Shown here: positions 56,540-64,000 of the stretch, piece after piece
How positions within the stretch are numbered: position 1 is the stretch's first letter
Layout: each line of letters starts with the position of its first letter
Translations under genes and position numbers: made by a program
Notes under the pieces: generated by a model
Databases searched by the model: none
Seen by the model: the letters and a program-made list of their open reading frames with translations, nothing else
Told to the model about the DNA's origin: nothing
NCBI GenBank assembly: GCA_964016885.1
Contig: OZ024742.1
Location: 274,164,001-274,228,000, forward strand
From: Eledone cirrhosa
Taxonomy: Eukaryota
Direction of reading: 5' to 3'
DNA: 64,000 nucleotides

Positions 56540-57890
56540 GCTAACCATCCAAACAGACACATACACAGACACATAACACCTTCTACTTTAGAAAATAAAA
56601 AAAACGAACTAAATAAACCTTAATATACGTTTGCGCTGATAATACAACAGAACAAATACGAATAAGTAAGGGAAATATGTTCATTCAAAAATATTCCTAC
56701 TAACGGACACACACACACACACAAAATATATATTCTCTTCATCTTAACACACTAACCATACTCCCACACACACATAACACCCATACACACACACATAACC
56801 CCCCCCCCCCACATACACACAACTCCCTCCCCCATTTCTACTAATAGAATCACTTTCCTACACACACACACACAAAATATATATATTCTCTCCATCTTAA
56901 CATACTCCCACACACATACACACATAACACCCATATACACACACACACACAACTCCCTCGCCCATTTCTACCAAAAGAATCATCTTCCTATACACACACA
57001 CAAACACACAAATAAACATACATATGTCTACTTTCTTTATTTTAATAGAAAATCTGAACTCTGACACCCCAGCCAACTAGCCATATTCACTGAACCAGAA
57101 CAATTCTCCCATCCCATTTCTCTTGATCATTTATTTGCTTGTCATAAAATTTTCTAAATGGCTACAAAATAAATATTACGGGCGCGGAACTTGTTCACGT
57201 GACAGTCATCATTTCATTTATAACCAATCAAATTGCATTTAAAAAAAAAAGCCTTCGGGAGCCACTTTTTTATTGTCATAAAATTCTGTAAAAGACTACA
57301 AAATAAATTCCCAAATACGGGCGTGAAATTTTAATGAACTTATTCACGTGACAGTCGTAATTTCATTTATAACCAATCAAATTACATTTAAAAAAAAAAG
57401 ACTTCGTGAACCACTTTTTTTATTGTCATAAAATTCTCTAAAGGCTACAAAACAAATTCCGAAATACAGGCGCAAAATTTAATGAATTTGTTCACGTGAC
57501 AGATTTAATTTCATTTATAACTAAACAAATTACATTTTTTTAAAAAAAGCCTTCGTGAGCCCCCTTTTAAGTAAAAAGTAAGTCAAACACTCATATATGA
57601 AAAAACAACCTGAAGAACTTTGTAACTCGAAATAGCGCGAAATTTATTATACTTATTGACCAAACAATCAAATTACTTCTCTAAAAACCTGGCGTTTCGA
57701 GCCACTTTTTTTCCATATAAAACAAGTTACATTCAAAGACCAACAGATGTGAGAAAAACCACAGACCCTCCATCTCAACCCTACTTTTGAAAAGCAGAAG
57801 AACTGCGAAACCGGTAAAGGAAACAAATAAATATATATATTTTTTTTAAATAAGACTCCAGTTGCATTTTCGATTTCATCTATTTTTCTC
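56540..57890 (+). mobile_element. Solo PLE pseudo-LTR (same family as 13460-14487) with a ~150-bp internal tandem array
   Basis: Colinear homology with 13490-14487; three repeats of ttcacgtgacag...aaccaatcaaatt.cattt. Confidence 0.82.
57784..57820 (+). ncRNA. Minimal hammerhead ribozyme with a U3-A8 covariant core
   Basis: ctt-TTGAAAA-gcag.aagaa.ctgc-GAAA-ccgg-TA-aag; palindromic stem III ACCGGT. Confidence 0.82.
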
Positions 57891-57998
57891 TATATATATA
57901 TATATGAAGTAATTCCGTCGGAAAGCTCCAAGAAAAGAGAGTGCTCTATGTAGGTTACAGAGCTTATTAGTTATGTAATAAACAACATGAGATAATTA

Positions 57999-58058
57999 TT
58001 TCATTTACGAGTGGTTTCTTGAAAGCAAACAAATCTGTTTTCTGTCGTCAGAATGAAA
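57999..58058 (-). ncRNA. Type-I hammerhead ribozyme
   Basis: Minus strand: tttcatt-CTGACGA-ca.gaaa...tttc.aa-GAAA-ccactcg-TA-aatgaaa; stem I 7/7 paired. Confidence 0.72.
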
Positions 58059-58235
58059 AAAAATCCTGTTGTTTTTATTGAATGTGGATTCGAAAACAGA
58101 AATATAGGAAATATGAAAGTGAGGCTGAAGGAAGAAGAAAGAAAAGATTATAAATATATAAGTATATAAACACACACACACACACATATACATATATATA
58201 TATAAACATACATACACATTCACATAAATACACAA

Positions 58236-58266
<31 letters not shown>

Positions 58267-58275
58267 CACGTACTT

Positions 58276-58370
<95 letters not shown>

Positions 58371-58404
58371 ATGCTAAGAATAAGTAAAGATAAATAAACA
58401 AACA

Positions 58405-58680
58405 TATTCACACTCGACCAAGCGCATATACTAAAATAAGCAGTCACATCAACTGGCCAAGAAAAATCTATATAGATGAAATCAAAATATTAAATAAATA
58501 AAAGTAAAAAATAAAGTCAAATATAAAAATAAAAAATATATATATACACAAACATACACACTCGACCATGCGCATATACTAAAATAAGCAGTCACATCAA
58601 CTGGCCAAGAAAAATCTATATACATGAAATCAAAATAATAAATAAATAAAAGTAAAAAATAAAGTCAAATATGAAAATAA
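58405..58680 (+). repeat. ~148-bp tandem duplication
   Basis: cactcgacca.gcgcatatactaaaataagcagtcacatcaactggccaagaaaaatctata occurs at 58411 and 58559. Confidence 0.85.
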
Positions 58681-58804
58681 AAAATAAAAAATTAGCAAGT
58701 TGACAGCGATACGAAAGAAGAAAAAACACAAATAAAAATAAACAAACAAACACAGGTGGTAAGCAAATGCACAAAAAATATATATATATGTATATATATA
58801 TATG

Positions 58805-58921
<117 letters not shown>

Positions 58922-59152
58922 TTAGAAACACACAGATACATGCGGACACACACATATACATGAATGCATCCACACCCAACCGTGAATTAATGGTGCCAAC
59001 TTCACCGATGTTGCTCAATGAATGACCGGGACAGACCAATCCGGTTGAATTAGACTGAACCAGTATCAGAGTTAAAAATACATTATGAAGAGAGAAGAAA
59101 CATTTAGATATAATTGGTAATAAAATGTATCATACCTAAACTGCTACTAGAT

Positions 59153-59242
59153 TCCTCGACTACGTAGTTTCGTGGCATAAACAAAAACAATACATCATAA
59201 AGATATAGAGTCCTTGCGAGGTCTGCCGACTTATCAAGAGGA
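59153..59242 (-). ncRNA. Hammerhead ribozyme with a U3-A8 core (UUGAUAA) and long stem II
   Basis: Minus strand: tcctc-TTGATAA-gt.c.ggca...tgcc.ac-GAAA-ctacgtag-TC-gagga; palindromic stem III; GUC site. Confidence 0.82.
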
Positions 59243-59354
59243 TACCTCATTTTACTAGTTTCAAGAACGCGTCTACACGACGTGAGAAAGAATCCCAAAA
59301 GGCAGAGGGGGAGATAGTCACGCGATATAACGGTCGAGAAACAGAGCTAAGCCT

Positions 59355-59393
<39 letters not shown>

Positions 59394-59608
59394 TATTCCG
59401 GGTTGAATCGGAGGTAACCAGAGTAAGTAAGGTACTCAATACATAGCAGAGTATAAAAGTTTTATATATTAAAACTTATATATATATATATATACATATA
59501 TATATACACACATATACATACATACACATACACATAAATAGAAATATACACACATATACAGTACAAACATATACACAGTTAAGTATATACATACAAACAT
59601 ATACACAA

Positions 59609-59671
<63 letters not shown>

Positions 59672-59690
59672 TATATATGTAATATATATG

Positions 59691-59731
<41 letters not shown>

Positions 59732-59788
59732 TATATATATATAGTGACGAAACATAACTCAATCACATGAACTCATAATCCTTTATTT

Positions 59789-59844
59789 ACTGCTATGTAT
59801 ATTTCGATGATAGCCATTGAATGGCTATGATCTCATCAGGCAGT
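59789..59844 (-). ncRNA. Type-I hammerhead ribozyme (canonical)
   Basis: Minus strand: actgc-CTGATGA-gat.c.atagccat.tca.atggctat.c.atc-GAAA-tataca-TA-gcagt. Confidence 0.88.
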
Positions 59845-59921
59845 TAGTTAGTTCCTAGATATGCCAGCTCTGTGTTTATAGTATTGATGGTATCAGAGCC
59901 TTGGGACATATATATATACAC

Positions 59922-59956
<35 letters not shown>

Positions 59957-60647
59957 TATATACACACATATACATACTCACATGCATACACACACATACG
60001 CACGCATATACTCTCAATCACACGCATAGGTACATATACACAAATGTAGGTGTATATACATATATCAAAATGTATAAATACATTCACACTCACATATACA
60101 TGAGAAAAAAGGGGCGCACAGAACTGTTCTTTTTGCACCACGGGAAAATTTAGAATTCTCCAAAATTTGAAAGCCACTTCCACTTGCCTTAACTCCAAGA
60201 CCGAGATCATCATATGTTGTCCTCACCTGAAATCACATCTACTTTGTAACTGGATTGACATTCCTACGATGACTCAACCGCCTTGAACTGCTTTAATCAT
60301 TATGCCTTACATCCATTCCGATTATTATTACTCTCTGAACTCACATTATTTACCCATATATTCTTTTTCTCCCTCATCTCCTCTTATATTTATATTTCTT
60401 TCCTATATTATTTATATTTCTGTTGACTTATATTCCCACCTACTTTCTACCTTACATTTTACACCCCACCCCTTTTTATATATAGATATACATTTCTGTG
60501 CGTATGTATGTATATTTATGTATGTGTATATATATATATACATATGTATATGTATATGTATGTGTATGTATATATATATATATGTACTTATGTGAGTGTG
60601 TATTGTGTGTGTGTGTGTTTATGTATATATGTTTGTATATGTATGTA

Positions 60648-60727
<80 letters not shown>

Positions 60728-60759
60728 AAAGAATAGAGGTGTAACACACGAGTTATGAT

Positions 60760-61249
60760 ATATTGGTAAAAGGAAAAGAAAATGCTGACAAATTGTTCCC
60801 AGTGAAAAATAGTTTAATTAGGAATAAGTAAAAATTAGTAATAGTATTGGTTAGTATTCAGTTTTGGTTTTAAGTTTTACCGGTTGCGCACTTCTAATGC
60901 TTTTCAAAAATAATTTTGAGATAGAGCGCCCGTGATGTTTGCTCTAATCTGATTAGTTTTAGAAATTCTACCTGTTTTGTGTTAAAAAAGTGGCTCCAGA
61001 TGTATGAAAAAATTCTTGTGGTGAAAACAATTTTGATTGGTCGGTAGGGGTCATGTGAATGTTAAAAATTGATTTTGCGCCAAATCTAGGTTTGTCTCCG
61101 CTGATTGAGAAGTCACTGAAAAAATAAGTCTTTCAAGACAAATATGTGTGTGTGTGTAGTAGTAGTAAAGAGGTTCGTTGTTGTGATAATCATCAGCAGG
61201 GATGTGTGTGCGAACCGCAGCCTGTTGACAGTTCAAATGCCTATTAAGA

Positions 61250-61294
<45 letters not shown>

Positions 61295-61414
61295 CAGAGT
61301 AATTCGTGGTAGAGGGATGGTCAGTAGGAATGTGTCTGTACGTGTGTGGAGGATATTTTAACATGTTAAAAGATATTTTTCAGCTCTTGTCTTATACGGA
61401 GAAGTGTGTGTGTT

Positions 61415-61464
<50 letters not shown>

Positions 61465-62660
61465 TGTGTGTGTGTGTGTATGTCTCTTTGTATGTTAATG
61501 TACGCGTGTGCATGTGTGTGTGTATATATGTGTGTGTGTGTATATATATATGTGTGTGTGTGTGTGAGAATGTGTGTGTGTGTGTGGACCAGTATTTTTG
61601 TGATACTGGTAAAAATGGTGTACATTATTCAATATTTTCAGTAAAAACGATTCTCTCAATAGAACATCAAAAACCTTAATAATAAATGGTGTGAAATGAT
61701 ATATAGTATTGGCATAATACCAGGTGTGTGTGAGTGTCCAGATTGTACGTACTGCAAGGGGAATCCATTACCCTTGCCGTATTGGAATACTTGTGTACAA
61801 ATATGTATGTGCCCATCAGTGTGCAATGCATATGTGCGTATATGTATGTGTGTGTGTGTCGGCACGTTTATATCTATAGACATCAAAAGGTATGCAAATT
61901 TGTGTATATTTGTGTTGCACCATAGAACATGTGTGTTTACGTATGTCATTGTTTTTATATGGGGATAGAGATGTATGCTGATGTAGGTATGTATGTTGAC
62001 GTGTGTATGTTGTGGGTTCGTCTTATGCAGAAGTGTTTAGACAGGGTACGTATTTGTTAATAAATTGAGATTCCTTGTTGATGTGCTGGGTGTGGGTGGC
62101 ATGATCTTTAAATTTGTAGAGGGGATAGATTCTGAAGTTGGGATGATTTTGGGCGGCACAGGTATCAATGTGTTCACTCAGTGGTATTTTCCTGTATTCC
62201 CGTATTTTAATTTGGGATCTATGGACAGTCATGCGTTGGCGGAGGCTGTTTTTGGTCTGGCCTATGTATTGTTCTCGACAACCTGAGCAAGGTAATACAT
62301 ATATTAGATTTTCTGATGCGGATGTGAAATTGTGTTTTACTATAAAACGTTGTCCTTCTTTGAAATAGAATTCCGAACCCTCTATTAGGTTGATGCATAT
62401 GCCACAGTTGGCTCTATCGCATTTTTTTACTGTGGGTTTCGTTGTTGTGGTTGGCAGTACTTTGGCAGGTGTTAGGATGTTTTTCATTGACTTAGATTGT
62501 CTTTTGCTCTTTATGATATTGTGTGTTCGTAGGATTTGGTTCATTCTATGGTCCTTTTTCAACACATGGATGTTCTGGAGGATGGCGTCAAAGGTCTCAT
62601 TGTTGAGGGGGATGTGTGTGGAGATGTATGGAAGAGCTTTTAGTTTCTGTTGATTTACTT
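60760..62660 (-). mobile_element. PLE 3' fragment: GIY-YIG domain and pseudo-LTR
   Basis: ORF 62023-62688: CDRANCGIC, NLIYVLPCSGC...YIGQT...LRQR...H, HINKESQFI...LN. Confidence 0.88.
60874..60912 (-). ncRNA. Hammerhead-like motif, U3-A8 with GCAA
   Basis: Minus strand: ttt-TTGAAAA-gcatt.aga.agtgc-GCAA-ccgg-TA-aaa, at the pLTR end. Confidence 0.5.
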
Positions 62661-62675
62661 TAGGGTGTCTAAGGT

Positions 62676-62718
<43 letters not shown>

Positions 62719-62719
62719 G

Positions 62720-62779
<60 letters not shown>

Positions 62780-62890
62780 TGTTTATGTCAGTGTGTCTTT
62801 TTAAATATATATGTGGTGTTTTCAACTTTATTTATGTGTGTGTATCTATATGTATGTATATATTTACATATGTGTGTGTATATGTATATG

Positions 62891-62939
<49 letters not shown>

Positions 62940-63087
62940 AATTAGTATATCTACCAACATATCTATGCTAGCAAATATATATGTTTTGTCTTAGTAACTT
63001 TGTGGTTCTATGCAAGGGGATGCACAACAATTATATGAAAGACGTAAAGAAGAAAATTATGAAAATCGACTTACTTACTAAAATTTC

Positions 63088-63168
63088 ACTCTAACTAATT
63101 AGTTTCTGTAAGGGAATAAATATGGTTACGGAACGTACCCACAGAGAAACCTTACGTCATCAGGGAGT
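63088..63168 (-). ncRNA. Type-I hammerhead ribozyme
   Basis: Reverse complement of the 63786 motif, with one stem I mismatch. Confidence 0.78.
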
Positions 63169-63593
63169 CTATTCTCAGCTAAGCTCCCAGGCAATGCGAG
63201 GACACTGGGAACTTATATAAAAATAATTCAGTGGATGGAAAAAAGCGAGCGGGGACTAAATTCCAAGACATTGAAAAAATTCACTGCCTACTTGCTCAGT
63301 GGCAAATCCAAAAGAATCAATCACGTGACATTGAGGTTAATCAGTGAGGAGTGGAGTGCTAATTACCATGAACCAAAGTAGTAATTTCAGCCAGTTTTGT
63401 TCAACAAATAATTGGAGATAATTATAAAGAATTAGTATATCTACCAACATATGTATACAGATGCATACCTATGATAGAAAATATATATGTTTTGTCTTAG
63501 TAACTTTGTGGTTCTATGCAAGGGGATGCAGAACAATTATATGAAAGACGTAAATAAGAAAATTATGAAAATCGACTTACTTACTAATATTTC

Positions 63594-63674
63594 ACTCCAA
63601 CTAATTAGTTTCTCTAAGGGAATAAATATGGTTACGGAACGTACCCACAGACAAACCTTACGTCATCAGGGAGT
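63594..63674 (-). ncRNA. Type-I hammerhead ribozyme
   Basis: Tandem copy; stem I actcc/ggagt. Confidence 0.78.
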
Positions 63675-63785
63675 CTATTCTCAGCTAAGCTCCCAGGCAA
63701 TGCGAGGACACTGGGAACTTATATAAAAATAATTCAGTGGATGGAAAAAAGCGAGCGGGAACTAAATTGCAAGACATTGAAATAG

Positions 63786-63866
63786 ACTCCCTGATGACGT
63801 AAGGTTTCTCTGTGGGCACGTTCCGTAACCATATTTATTCCCTTACAGAAACTAATTAGTTGGAGT
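63786..63866 (+). ncRNA. Type-I hammerhead ribozyme
   Basis: actcc-CTGATGA-c.gtaagg...ccttac.a-GAAA-ctaattag-TT-ggagt. Confidence 0.85.
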
Positions 63867-63913
63867 GAAATTTTAGTAAGTAAGTCGATTTTCATAATTT
63901 TCTTATTTACGTC

Positions 63914-63917
<4 letters not shown>

Positions 63918-64000
<83 letters not shown>
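63918..64000. repeat. (TA)n microsatellite
   Basis: Direct reading. Confidence 0.95.

Larger units (their letters stand above)
62935..63920. mobile_element. ORF-less 506-bp HHR repeat: tandem pair plus a partial inverted copy
   Basis: HHRs at 63088 and 63594 (minus strand) are 506 bp apart, with an inverted copy at 63786. Homologous to 18219-19080. Confidence 0.85.

Noticed and set aside
57170-57570. CRISPR-like repeat-spacer appearance
   Set aside because: Whole ~150-bp units are homologous, the context is a eukaryotic TE, and there are no cas genes.

Overview
Repeat-dense, AT-rich eukaryotic (metazoan) DNA with no confidently identifiable host gene. The tRNA-derived SINE and the microsatellite load resemble cephalopod (octopus-type) genomes; this is an inference. 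The window is a nest of decayed retroelements. It holds three Tx1/L1-clade LINEs (ORF1 with CCHC knuckle; ORF2 with APE and RT), four R4/Dong-like RLE LINEs sitting in (TAA)n tracts, and at least seven Penelope-like element (PLE) bodies or fragments (RT and GIY-YIG). There are also SINEs, a probable Helentron-type non-autonomous element with a ~180-bp repeat array, and many (TA)n/(CA)n/(CT)n tracts. The main hidden layer is non-coding. Reading both strands by eye gives about 29 type-I hammerhead ribozyme (HHR) motifs from more than 15 sequence families. They lie in PLE pseudo-LTRs, in inverted duplications or palindromes, and in ORF-less tandem repeats that look like retrozymes. Many have family-specific palindromic stem III sequences, long stem II insertions or non-canonical cores (UUGANAA, CCGAAGA, CUGAGAA, CCGUCGA, GCAA). 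All folds were paired by hand; none has been computed or tested.
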